From assembly GCA_035651255.1 (NCBI GenBank), contig DASRGB010000021.1, positions 9,229 through 73,228 on the forward strand: a stretch of DNA of 64,000 nucleotides, in the 5' to 3' direction. This DNA comes from Pseudolabrys sp. Lineage in GTDB: Bacteria > Pseudomonadota > Alphaproteobacteria > Rhizobiales > Xanthobacteraceae. Position 1 is the first letter of the stretch; every line of letters starts with the position of its first letter. The position numbers and the translations under genes are program-made. Positions 50,446 to 58,936 of the stretch are shown here, one piece after another. The notes below the pieces were generated by a model. That model searched no databases and had not been told where the DNA came from. It saw only the letters and a list, made by a program, of their open reading frames with translations.

Positions 50446-51027
50446 CTACGGCTCGGCAAAGGCGAGCGTCGCGTCGGCCGGCGGCAGCATGCGAAACACG
50501 TTGAGCGTCATCGCGATCATGACGTAATAGCCGAGGATGCCGACCAGCTCGACCATGCCCTTGTCACCGAGCACGGCCTGCAGGCGCTTGTAGTTACGGT
50601 CGCCGACCCGGCGGGTCTTGTAGAGCTCCTGCACGAAGGCGTAGATCGCGCGCTCGTCCTTCGGCGCCTGCTTCGGCTCGCGCCCGGCGCGCAGATCGGT
50701 GATCGTCTTCGCTTTCACGCCGGCGCGCTCCGCCATCGGCGCGTGCGCGTACCATTCGTATTGCGCGCGCCACATCCGCGCCGTGCAGAGGATGGCGAAT
50801 TCCGACAGCCGCGGCGGCAGCGTCTTGTTGTAGCGGCAATGGGCGCCCAGGGCCTGCGCCAGATGGCCGAACTCCGGGGCGTGCATCCAGGCGGCAAAGG
50901 GACCCCGCGGCGTGATCGATTGGCCGCGCGGCCCGGCGCGCAAGGCCGCCAGCAAGGCGCGCTGCGCCTCGTTCATCTGGGGCTCGTCAATCACGGCAAG
51001 GCGGGGCGCGGGGCGCTTCTGGGGCAT
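50446..51027 (-). CDS. Carboxymuconolactone decarboxylase/AhpD-like family protein
   Basis: GPF.AWMHAP, RLSEFAIL, YEWYAH, VELVGILGYY. Confidence 0.85.
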   Translation of the reverse strand: MPQKRPAPRLAVIDEPQMNEAQRALLAALRAGPRGQSITPRGPFAAWMHAPEFGHLAQALGAHCRYNKTLPPRLSEFAILCTARMWRAQYEWYAHAPMAERAGVKAKTITDLRAGREPKQAPKDERAIYAFVQELYKTRRVGDRNYKRLQAVLGDKGMVELVGILGYYVMIAMTLNVFRMLPPADATLAFAEP

Positions 51028-51129
51028 GGAAATGTCCTGGCAGGGAGGAGGGGGGATGCCGAAACTCGCAGACGGCGTCTAATATAGCGAAAACCAACCG
51101 CCGCCTAGCGCGCCATAACGGGATCCGCC

Positions 51130-51489
51130 ATGCGCCAAAGCCTGCTCGTCGTTCTTGCCGTGCTCGCCTTCTTCGGCCTCGCCGGGGCGGCCTTCGCCGA
51201 CGCCATCGACGGCGACTGGTGCCACCAGCAGAGCGGCCGGCGCTTTTCCATCCGCGGTCCGCAGATCGTCACGCCGGGCGGCAAGCAGATGCTCGGCAAT
51301 TACAGCCGGCACTGGTTCGACTATGTCGTGCCGGCCCCCGAGCCCGGCGCCGGCCGCACGGTGTTCATGCGGCTGCTCGACGAGAACACCGTGCATCTGC
51401 GGGTCGGTGACGAGAACGCGGCCGAAGCGGAGACCTGGATCCGCTGCTCGCCGACGACCAGCGCGTTGCGCGCGCCGCCGCAGAGCTGA
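51130..51489 (+). CDS. Secreted hypothetical protein
   Basis: Signal peptide ending AFA; DAIDGDWC...WIRC. Confidence 0.75.
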   Translation: MRQSLLVVLAVLAFFGLAGAAFADAIDGDWCHQQSGRRFSIRGPQIVTPGGKQMLGNYSRHWFDYVVPAPEPGAGRTVFMRLLDENTVHLRVGDENAAEAETWIRCSPTTSALRAPPQS

Positions 51490-51621
51490 CCTTCGTTGGC
51501 GCGGCCGGCGGCGGCTGCGACAGTTCAGGATCCGCGCCGCGAGCGGCGGCTTTGCGAGGCGGCACGGTGCGCGGCGGCGCGCCGGGCGGCGCCGGGCTTG
51601 CCCCGGTGATGCCGGCCGGCT

Positions 51622-52539
51622 TCACTTGAAGCGCGGCAGAGCCTGTTTGATGCGGGCCATGCTCGCCCAAGGGTCGTTGCGCAGCTTCGACAGCCGCTGC
51701 ATGGCATTTTGCACGGTGTATTGGCTGGCGCTCTTGAGCGAGCCGAGCTCGGACCAGTCCACCGGCAGCGCCACCGGCGCGCCGGGGCGCGCCCGCGAGG
51801 AGTAGGGCGCAATCGCCGTCGCCTCGCGGCTGTTGCGCAGGTAATCGACGAAAATGCGGTTGTGCCGCCGCGCCTTGGTCGCGGTGGCGAGATAGCGTGC
51901 GGGGTCGTCCTTCGCCATGCTCAGCGCCACCGTATGGCAGAACGCCTTGGCGACTTCCCAGGGCGCGGGCTTGATCGGCGCCACCACGTGTAGCCCCTTG
52001 CCGCCGGTGGTCTTGACGAAGCTCGTCAGCTTGACGCGCTTGAGCCGGGCCCGCACCTCGCGCGCCGCGGCGACGACGTCGGCGAAGTCCATGCCGGGCC
52101 CGGGATCGAGGTCGAACACCAGGCGGTCGGCGCTGCCGAGATCGCCGATGCTCGAGCCACGCACGTGGATTTCCAGCGCGCCGCCCTGCACCAGCGCGAT
52201 GATGCCGGCGAGGTCGTCGACGGCGATGACCTTGTCGCCCTTTTCCGGCACCAGATGCAGGAATTCAGTGGGGATGCCCAGGCGCGCGTGCTTCTGGAAG
52301 AAGCACTGGCCGTCGGCGCCTTCCGGGCAGCGCACCACGGCGATGACGCGGCCGACGACATGCGGCCGCATCCATTTCCAGACCTTTTCGTAATATTGGG
52401 CGAGGTCGCTCTTGCTGACGCCGGCATCGCTCCAATAGATGCGGTCGGGATGCGTGAGCTTGACGGCGCCGAACATGGCGGCCGCGCGCCCGCCGCGGGC
52501 GGCGCGCCGCTTTGCCAGGCTCGGCCGGGCCGCCCTCAT
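51622..52539 (-). CDS. NHEJ primase-polymerase (LigD Pol module) as a standalone gene
   Basis: LTHPDRIYW, FFQKH, DRLVFDLDP, KTTGGKGLHV, IFVDYLRN; ATG overlaps the ligase stop (ATGA), GGAG RBS. Confidence 0.9.
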   Translation of the reverse strand: MRAARPSLAKRRAARGGRAAAMFGAVKLTHPDRIYWSDAGVSKSDLAQYYEKVWKWMRPHVVGRVIAVVRCPEGADGQCFFQKHARLGIPTEFLHLVPEKGDKVIAVDDLAGIIALVQGGALEIHVRGSSIGDLGSADRLVFDLDPGPGMDFADVVAAAREVRARLKRVKLTSFVKTTGGKGLHVVAPIKPAPWEVAKAFCHTVALSMAKDDPARYLATATKARRHNRIFVDYLRNSREATAIAPYSSRARPGAPVALPVDWSELGSLKSASQYTVQNAMQRLSKLRNDPWASMARIKQALPRFK

Positions 52540-53597
52540 GCCGTCTTCTCCCGCACCACCTGTCTGGCCGGCTTGTCGTGGCGCACGCCCTGGAACGAGG
52601 CCTGTCGCACGCGGTCGCCGTGGGTCCAGCCGCGAAAATCGACCTCCACCACCATTTTCGGATCGACCCAGATCGGCCCGCGGCGGCCGCGCTCTTCCTT
52701 GGGCACGGAGTCGAGCGGCGAGTCCCGGCGCGCGCGCGCCTTGAGCGCGCGGTAGAGCTCGCGCGCGGTCTGATGCGTGAAGCCGGTGCCAGTCCGCCCG
52801 GCATAGTGCAGCTTGCCGCGCCGGTAGACGCCGAGGACGAGAGCGCCGACCGCATGCGCATCCGCGGTCGACGGCGTAAATCCGGCCACCACGAATTCCT
52901 GGCGGTTGGAACATTTGGATTTGAGCCAGTCGTGGCCGCGGCCGGAGCGATAGGGCGCGTCGGCGACTTTCGAGATGATGCCTTCCAGGCCCATCTTGCA
53001 GGCCTGCTTGAGCAGCACCGAGCCGCGTTCGGTCAGCGATTCACTGAAGCGCACCGCGCCGCGCGCCCTCGCCAGCAGCCGTCCGAGCGCGGCCTTGCGC
53101 GCGGTGAGCGGTAGCGGCTTGAGGTCGGCGCCGTCGCAATGCAGCAGATCGAAGGCATAGTAGACCATGCGGTCGTGACGGCCGTCCTTGAGGTCCTGCT
53201 GCAGCAGGGAAAAACGCGAGACGCCGTCTTTGTCTTCGGACACCAGTTCGCCGTCCATCAACGCCGTGTCTGCCGGCAATCCGGCGACCGCCTCGGCGAC
53301 GGTCGGGAACTTGTCGGTCCAGTCGAGCCCCTTTCGCGTCATCAGCTTGACCTTGCCGTGTTCGAGCCGGGCCTGGATGCGGTAGCCGTCGAACTTGATT
53401 TCGTGGATCCAGCGGGCGCTATCCGGCGCCTTGGCGATGAGCGTTGCCAGCTGCGGTTCGACGAAGCCGGGCAGGGCGGTTCGGCGCGGGCCCGTGGCCG
53501 TGCCGGGTTTTTTCGGCGTCAGCCGCCGCGGACGCCGCATCAATTGCGGGGCGGCGGGGCGCCTGCGCCGGGTCTTTCTGGCCGGCCGGGGCGTCAT
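52536..53597 (-). CDS. ligD: ATP-dependent DNA ligase (LigD ligase module) as a standalone gene
   Basis: EIKFDGYR, MDGE, FDLL, EGIISK, WLKSK, EVDF motifs I-VI; ATG overlaps the PE stop (ATGA). Confidence 0.9.
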   Translation of the reverse strand: MTPRPARKTRRRRPAAPQLMRRPRRLTPKKPGTATGPRRTALPGFVEPQLATLIAKAPDSARWIHEIKFDGYRIQARLEHGKVKLMTRKGLDWTDKFPTVAEAVAGLPADTALMDGELVSEDKDGVSRFSLLQQDLKDGRHDRMVYYAFDLLHCDGADLKPLPLTARKAALGRLLARARGAVRFSESLTERGSVLLKQACKMGLEGIISKVADAPYRSGRGHDWLKSKCSNRQEFVVAGFTPSTADAHAVGALVLGVYRRGKLHYAGRTGTGFTHQTARELYRALKARARRDSPLDSVPKEERGRRGPIWVDPKMVVEVDFRGWTHGDRVRQASFQGVRHDKPARQVVREKTA

Positions 53598-54244
53598 CGC
53601 CGCCGCGCCCGCGTCGGCTTGCGTGTCCTGCGCCTGGCCGCCGTGCGCCTGGCTTTGGTTTTTGCCTTGGCCTTGCGCTTGTGCTGCGCGATCTCCTCGA
53701 GCGTACGGCCGGTCTTCACCGACAACGGTTTTTCCTCGAGGATGTCCTTGTCGCGCTCGGTGCGCGCCGCCGCGTCGTGCTGCTTGATCAGCAGCCAGTT
53801 GTCGCGCTTCTCGCCGGGGCGGCGGCGCATGCGCACCAGATGCCAGCCGCCGTGCAGCTTCTGGCCGTCGAGCTGGAACGCCAGATGGCCTTTGGCGAGG
53901 CCCCGTTCCGGATCGCCCTCCGGCGTCCAGCGCCCGCGGTCCCACACCATGACGGTGCCGCCGCCATATTCGCCTTGCGGAATCGTGCCCTCGAATTTGT
54001 TGTATTCGATCGGGTGATCCTCGACCTGCACGGCGAGCCGCTTCTCGCCGGGTACAAGGCTCGGCCCCCGCGTCACGGCCCAGCTTTTCATGACGCCGTT
54101 GAGCTGGAGCCGCAGGTCGTAGTGCAAGCGCGTGGCGTCGTGCTTCTGGACGACGAAGGCGTTGCCGCGCTTTCCCGGGCGGCCGCGAGGTTCTTTGGTG
54201 ACTCCGAAATTGCGCTTGGCGTGGTATTTGGACAGCGCAGGCAT
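53594..54244 (-). CDS. LigD 3'-phosphoesterase module as a standalone gene
   Basis: YHAKRNF..T.EP, FVVQKHDATRLHYDLRL, KSWAV, VEDHP, LLIKQHD. Confidence 0.9.
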   Translation of the reverse strand: MPALSKYHAKRNFGVTKEPRGRPGKRGNAFVVQKHDATRLHYDLRLQLNGVMKSWAVTRGPSLVPGEKRLAVQVEDHPIEYNKFEGTIPQGEYGGGTVMVWDRGRWTPEGDPERGLAKGHLAFQLDGQKLHGGWHLVRMRRRPGEKRDNWLLIKQHDAAARTERDKDILEEKPLSVKTGRTLEEIAQHKRKAKAKTKARRTAARRRTRKPTRARRR

Positions 54245-54247
54245 TGC

Positions 54248-55108
54248 TTAGCTTGCTTTACGCACCTTTCGTTTCGGCGCGGCGCGCTTGCGTCCGTTGC
54301 TCTTGCGCGCGGCGCCCTGCCGGCTGTCCTTGCCGCCGCCTTTGGCGCTGCGCCGCAGCGCGTCCATGAGGTTGATCACATTGCTCGGCTTGGCCTCGGA
54401 GATGACCGGCGGCTTCTTGCCGGCGCGCTTGGCCTTGATCAGCTCCATCAGCGCATTCTCGTAGCGGTCCTCGAATTTGGCCGGATCGAAGTGGCCCTTC
54501 TTGCTGTCGAGGATCTGCACCGCGAGCTTGAGCATGTCGGGTGCGACCTTGATGTCCTTGATCTCGTCGAAATAGTCCTTTTCCGCGCGCACCTCGGTCT
54601 TGTAGCGCAGCGCCGTGCCCATCATGCCCTTGCCGCGCGGCGCCAGGAGCAGCAGATGCTCGCGCCGGTAGATCACCACGCGGGCCAGCCCGACAAGGTC
54701 GTCCTTTTTCATCGCCTCGCGGATGACGGCGAAGGCCTCCTGGCCCATCTCGTCCTGCGGCACCAGGTAATAGGATTCGTCGAGATAGATGCGATCGACT
54801 TCCGACATCGGCACGAACTGCTCGATGTCGATGGTGTGCGTGCTCTCCAGCGCGACGTTGTCGAGCTCGTCCTCCTCGACCAGGACGTATTCGCCCTTCT
54901 CGAACTGATAGCCTTTGACGCGGTCCTCTTGCGGCACCGGCTCGCCGGTCTCGGCGTCGACCACTTCATTGCGGATGCGGTTCCCGGTTTCCCGGTTGAG
55001 GATGTTGAAGCGGATGCGCTGGCTGGTCGAGGTGGCCGGGTAGAGCGCGACCGGACATGAGACGAGCGAGAGCTTGAGGTAACCCTTCCAATTCGGCCGC
55101 GGTGCCAT
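54248..55108 (-). CDS. ku: NHEJ Ku protein
   Basis: WKGYLKLSLVSCPV, YLDESYYLVP, FEDRYE, basic C-terminal tail. Confidence 0.95.
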   Translation of the reverse strand: MAPRPNWKGYLKLSLVSCPVALYPATSTSQRIRFNILNRETGNRIRNEVVDAETGEPVPQEDRVKGYQFEKGEYVLVEEDELDNVALESTHTIDIEQFVPMSEVDRIYLDESYYLVPQDEMGQEAFAVIREAMKKDDLVGLARVVIYRREHLLLLAPRGKGMMGTALRYKTEVRAEKDYFDEIKDIKVAPDMLKLAVQILDSKKGHFDPAKFEDRYENALMELIKAKRAGKKPPVISEAKPSNVINLMDALRRSAKGGGKDSRQGAARKSNGRKRAAPKRKVRKAS

Positions 55109-55137
55109 GGACGCAAACTCCTGAAACGCTACCGGTG

Positions 55138-55163
55138 AACGGCGCAGGGATTGAACATGTTCC
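55138..55163 (-). promoter_or_regulatory. EcfG-type promoter for ku-PE-lig-pol
   Basis: GGAAC-N17-CGTT on the minus strand, ending 30 nt upstream of the ku start. Confidence 0.8.
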
Positions 55164-55396
55164 CATGATAGCCGCTTTTGCCGCGCCGGCGGCGATTGAA
55201 ATTACTCATGTTTTCAAGACGCTTAACGCGCGGTGGCGGCGCGACCCGGAACCACGTCACGACGTTCGCGTTTTTCCCCCGTGCGGCGCCGGCGCGGTGC
55301 GAGGCTCGCGCGCCGTCCGTAAGCGTCAGCGTCATTGCCGCGTTTCGCACCACCGGCCCCGTGCGGTTTCACTCGCCGCGCGGGGCCTCCTGCTGT

Positions 55397-56314
55397 TCAG
55401 CCGAGCGAGGTGATCACCGAGAACAGCTCGGACGGCGTCAGCACCATCTCGAAGAACAGCCGCACGGCGATCGCGATGATCAGAAGCGCCAGCGCGCTGC
55501 GCAGCTCTTCGGCGCGCAACCGCGCCCCGGCGCGAATGCCGAATTGCGCGCCGACCACGCCGCCGATCACCAGAATCAGCGCCAGCACGATATCGACGGT
55601 ATGGTCGACGGCGCTGTGCAGCACGGTCGCCATGCAGGCGACGATGAACATCTGAAATTGCGAGGTGCCGATGGCGAGCGAGGTGCGCATGCGCAGCAGG
55701 TAGACCTTGGCCGGGATGAGAATGAAGGCGCCGCCGGTGCCGAGGATCGCCGTCATGATGCCGACCAGAAAGCCGAGCACGACCACCGGGATGACGCTGA
55801 TATAGAGTGCCGAGCGGTAGAACCGCATCTTGAACGGCAGCCGGTGAATCCAGGTGTGCTGGCCCGGCCGTCGTTCGATACGCACGCCTTTGCGCGCGGC
55901 GCGGATGGCGCGCACGCTCTCCACCAGCATCAGCGCGCCGATGGTGCCGAGCAGGATGAGATAGCTGAGCTTGATGACAAAATCGATTTGACCGATTGTC
56001 TGCAGCAGCCGGAAGATGGCAACGCCCAGCGCCGAGCCGACGAGACCGCCGAACAGCAGCCACAGCCCCATCTTGTAGTCGACGGACTTCTTGCCGCCCT
56101 GGCGAATGGCGCCGACCAGCGCGGCCGCCGCCACGGGGCTGGCCTGGCTCGCCACCGCGATGCCGGAGGGAATGCCGTAGAAGATCAGCAACGGCGTGGT
56201 GATGAAGCCGCCGCTGACGCCGAGCATGCCGGAGAGAAATCCGACGGCGAGGCCTATCCCCAGCAATGTGAAAGAGTTGACGGCGAGTTGCGCGACGGGG
56301 AGGTAGATTTCCAT
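55397..56314 (-). CDS. Sulfite exporter TauE/SafE family protein
   Basis: GFLSGMLGVSGGFITTPLL, GGAFILIP, multiple TM helices. Confidence 0.9.
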   Translation of the reverse strand: MEIYLPVAQLAVNSFTLLGIGLAVGFLSGMLGVSGGFITTPLLIFYGIPSGIAVASQASPVAAAALVGAIRQGGKKSVDYKMGLWLLFGGLVGSALGVAIFRLLQTIGQIDFVIKLSYLILLGTIGALMLVESVRAIRAARKGVRIERRPGQHTWIHRLPFKMRFYRSALYISVIPVVVLGFLVGIMTAILGTGGAFILIPAKVYLLRMRTSLAIGTSQFQMFIVACMATVLHSAVDHTVDIVLALILVIGGVVGAQFGIRAGARLRAEELRSALALLIIAIAVRLFFEMVLTPSELFSVITSLG

Positions 56315-56408
56315 GAAATTCCGGCCGGAGCGAACGCGCTCCGGGCCGCGCCTAGGTGAGGTACCCCCGCGCCGGACTCAGCATATATCCGGTGATGCGC
56401 GCAAGCGT

Positions 56409-57032
56409 TTAGGGGCCGTTGAGGACGCGGAGTCCACCGACGAAGTAGTAGGGCAAGAGCCACGAGGGCGGCGTGGTCATGTCCATGCCCTTGGCCACTG
56501 CGATGGCAAAATCGTTGCAGTTCTTGAACAGCAGATCCCACTCGCGCTCGCTGCGCTTGAGCGCGCCGACGACGCGGAGCAACTGCGCGTATTGCGCGGG
56601 GGTGAGACGCTTGCGGTAGATATTGGTCGGGCGCTCCCTGAAATCGTCGCCGACGCCGCGCACCGATGCCTGCACCGGGACGAGCGATCCCATGATCAGC
56701 CCGGCTTCGCCGTCGGTCGGGTAGATGCCGGCGAGATGCGTGTCGTAGGTGCGCCCGCGGGCGTCGAGCCGGCCATAGACGATGTAGGTATGTCCGAACA
56801 GGTAGCCGGGCCGGCTGCGAAATTCGACGAAATAGCCGTCGGTGGCGCGCGGTGCGGCCCCGGCCGGCGGCGCGGCGAGGGCGCAGGCCGCTGCGAGCAC
56901 CGTGCAGGCCAAAATCAAAGCGCGGCAGCGCCGTCCAACCGCATGGCGCGCTTTGCGCCTTGCGGTCGGTGGCGATAGGTCGGCGCTGTCGGTTGCACCC
57001 CAGCGCTGACGCGTGGCGACGCTGGGCGCCAT
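56409..57032 (-). CDS. Secreted protein with permuted papain-like (His-then-Cys) motif; start uncertain
   Basis: Signal-like segment; FGHTYIVYG ... WDLLFKNCNDFA. Confidence 0.6.
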   Translation of the reverse strand: MAPSVATRQRWGATDSADLSPPTARRKARHAVGRRCRALILACTVLAAACALAAPPAGAAPRATDGYFVEFRSRPGYLFGHTYIVYGRLDARGRTYDTHLAGIYPTDGEAGLIMGSLVPVQASVRGVGDDFRERPTNIYRKRLTPAQYAQLLRVVGALKRSEREWDLLFKNCNDFAIAVAKGMDMTTPPSWLLPYYFVGGLRVLNGP

Positions 57033-57043
57033 GATAAGGCCGA

Positions 57044-57169
57044 TTAGCCCCGGGTGTGGATCGGAGCTTTGCCCTTGCCCTTGCCGAACGGCACCTTGCC
57101 CTTGCCGGCGCAGCCGGCAACGCTGAGGGCCGTCAGAATCGCGAGCCCGAGAACCAGAATCTTACGCAT
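57044..57169 (-). CDS. Small lipoprotein (41 aa) with GKGK repeats
   Basis: MRKILVLGLAILTALSVAGC-AGKGKVPFGKGKGKAPIHTRG; lipobox VAGC; below the ORF-track cutoff. Confidence 0.75.
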   Translation of the reverse strand: MRKILVLGLAILTALSVAGCAGKGKVPFGKGKGKAPIHTRG

Positions 57170-57351
57170 GTTCGCACCCCTGTGTCCCTTGTTCTGCGCG
57201 TGCTTTGGCGCGGACCCCGTTTAGAGCGCTGCGTCCTTTGTGCACAGTTGATTCGAAAATTAAGCTAACCTTTTAACCGCTGCGCTTAACGCTTCGACCG
57301 CGCGCAATCGTTAACGCACGCCGGATGCGGCGATTGGCCGAAAAATTGCGG

Positions 57352-57555
57352 TCAGCTTGCGCCGATTTGCGGCGCGGTCTGCGCCGCGGCGATATCCGCA
57401 AGCAGACGTTCACGCAAAACGTCAACCTGGTGCAGGTCCTCGTCGAAGGCCTGAATTCGCGGCGCGCGCGGCGGCGCAACGGTCGTGACCGAGGTCCACG
57501 CCAGCCGGAGCAGGAGAAGCGGAATAGCGGCAATGACATAGGCAGCGTAGGGCAT
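57352..57555 (-). CDS. Small hypothetical membrane-anchored protein
   Basis: Hydrophobic N-terminus followed by an amphipathic helix. Confidence 0.45.
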   Translation of the reverse strand: MPYAAYVIAAIPLLLLRLAWTSVTTVAPPRAPRIQAFDEDLHQVDVLRERLLADIAAAQTAPQIGAS

Positions 57556-57729
57556 GCGGCACAGACAACCTGACAGAGCCGTGCTGGTTCCTACACCATG
57601 ACCGCGTTGCCGAAAATTTTAGGGAAATCCGCGGCGTAATCTGCCGCAAACTGTAGCGTGCAATGCAAGCTACTCTTAGCGCGGCTTCGGTATTAGCGTG
57701 CTGTCGGGGAGGCCAAAGCGGAGTTCGGT

Positions 57730-57891
57730 ATGCGCAAGCTTTCTGCATTTTTGAAAGACGAGACGGCCGCCACCGCCATCGAATACGGATTGATTGCCGC
57801 CGGCATTTCGATCGCGATCATCGGCGTGGTGAACGGTCTCGGCTCGACCCTGAGCACGACCTTCAGCAGCGTCTCGACGCAGTTGAAATAA
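57730..57891 (+). CDS. pilA: Flp family type IVb pilin (53 aa)
   Basis: FLKDETAATAIEYGLIAAGISIAIIGVVNGLG; below the ORF-track cutoff. Confidence 0.92.
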   Translation: MRKLSAFLKDETAATAIEYGLIAAGISIAIIGVVNGLGSTLSTTFSSVSTQLK

Positions 57892-57916
57892 ACGCCTCAC
57901 GTGTGGACTGCCTATC

Positions 57917-57950
57917 GAGCTGGCCGCCCATTGGCGGCCGCTCCTTTTTT
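57917..57950 (+). terminator. Terminator after pilin
   Basis: GGCCGCC/GGCGGCC stem with GAGC/GCTC extension followed by T6. Confidence 0.7.
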
Positions 57951-57966
57951 GAGCGTGGTCGCAGCG

Positions 57967-58506
57967 CTATTCGCCGCTTGCCAGAACGGCGCGGGTCTGC
58001 TGGTCGGGGCCGAATTCTTCGGCGCTCTCGATGCCCATCAGCTCGGCGAGCCGCGTGCGCGCGCGGTTGACGCGCGACTTGATGGTGCCGACCGCGCAAC
58101 CGCAGATATGCGCGGCCTCCTCATAGGAGAAGCCTGAGGCGCCGACCAGCACCAGCGCTTCGCGCTGGTCGGCCGGCAGCTGCGCCAGCGCCTCGCGAAA
58201 TTCGCGGAATTCCACCTGGCCGATCTGATCCGGTTGCGACTTCAGCGTCTCGGCGTAGTGGCCTTCGCCGTCCTCGACCTCGCGCCGGCGCTTGCGATAC
58301 TCCGAGCGGAAATGGTTGCGCAGGATGGTGAACAGCCATGCCGACATGTTGGTGCCGGGCTGAAACGAGTCGATGTTGGCGAGCGCGCGCAATAGCGTCT
58401 CCTGCACCAGATCGTCGGCGCGGTCGACATTGCCGCACAACGAAATGGCGAATGCGCGGAGACTGGGCACCGCGGCGAGGACGGCTTTGCGCACGGAGTC
58501 ATCCAT
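57967..58506 (-). CDS. ecfG: General stress response ECF sigma factor (EcfG/SigT/RpoE2)
   Basis: LRAFAISL, ADDLVQETL, AWLFTILRN, GTIKSRVNRAR; downstream of nepR. Confidence 0.93.
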   Translation of the reverse strand: MDDSVRKAVLAAVPSLRAFAISLCGNVDRADDLVQETLLRALANIDSFQPGTNMSAWLFTILRNHFRSEYRKRRREVEDGEGHYAETLKSQPDQIGQVEFREFREALAQLPADQREALVLVGASGFSYEEAAHICGCAVGTIKSRVNRARTRLAELMGIESAEEFGPDQQTRAVLASGE

Positions 58507-58509
58507 GGC

Positions 58510-58734
58510 TTACTGCTTGTCCTTGTTGCCGCCGTTGATGCGGTTGAGCAGGTCGCTGAACCGGTCCGGAACGCCCTGGTTCACCACTTCGTCGTACATG
58601 GCGCGCAGTTGCTGGCCGAGCCGGGCCTGCACGTCGCGGCTCAACTTCGCGGGCTTGGGATTGCCCTTTTTGTTGCGGTTGGGCGCTGCCGTTTCCATCG
58701 TTCTCTGTTGCCCCAAGGGCTTACGGTCGTTCAT
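58510..58734 (-). CDS. nepR: Anti-sigma factor NepR
   Basis: LGQQLRAMYDEVVNQGVPDRFSDLL. Confidence 0.92.
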   Translation of the reverse strand: MNDRKPLGQQRTMETAAPNRNKKGNPKPAKLSRDVQARLGQQLRAMYDEVVNQGVPDRFSDLLNRINGGNKDKQ

Positions 58735-58800
58735 CGTCGATCCCAGAATTCCTCAAACCCGGTTTGTCAGCCCCGGGTGCAGGTCCCCACTTCTTCATGA

Positions 58801-58825
58801 AACCCAAGCGGGGCCATATGGTTCC
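58801..58825 (-). promoter_or_regulatory. EcfG-type promoter for nepR-ecfG
   Basis: GGAAC-N16-GGTT on the minus strand. Confidence 0.7.
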
Positions 58826-58833
58826 GCCGCTCT

Positions 58834-58858
58834 GGAACTTTTTGCAAATGCCCACGTT
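58834..58858 (+). promoter_or_regulatory. EcfG-type promoter for phyR
   Basis: GGAAC-N16-CGTT. Confidence 0.85.
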
Positions 58859-58936
58859 AACTGGGCTAAGGTTGCAGGAATTTCTCGGGGGACCAACCTG
58901 GCCGAGCCAGGATTCGCTTCAATTTGGGAGGTATTT

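Noticed and set aside
53640-53740. A-runs in the PE tail (GCAAAAACC, GGAAAAACC) as programmed frameshift sites re-fusing LigD
   Set aside because: Neither is a canonical X XXY YYZ heptamer in the required frame, and no clear stimulatory structure was identified.
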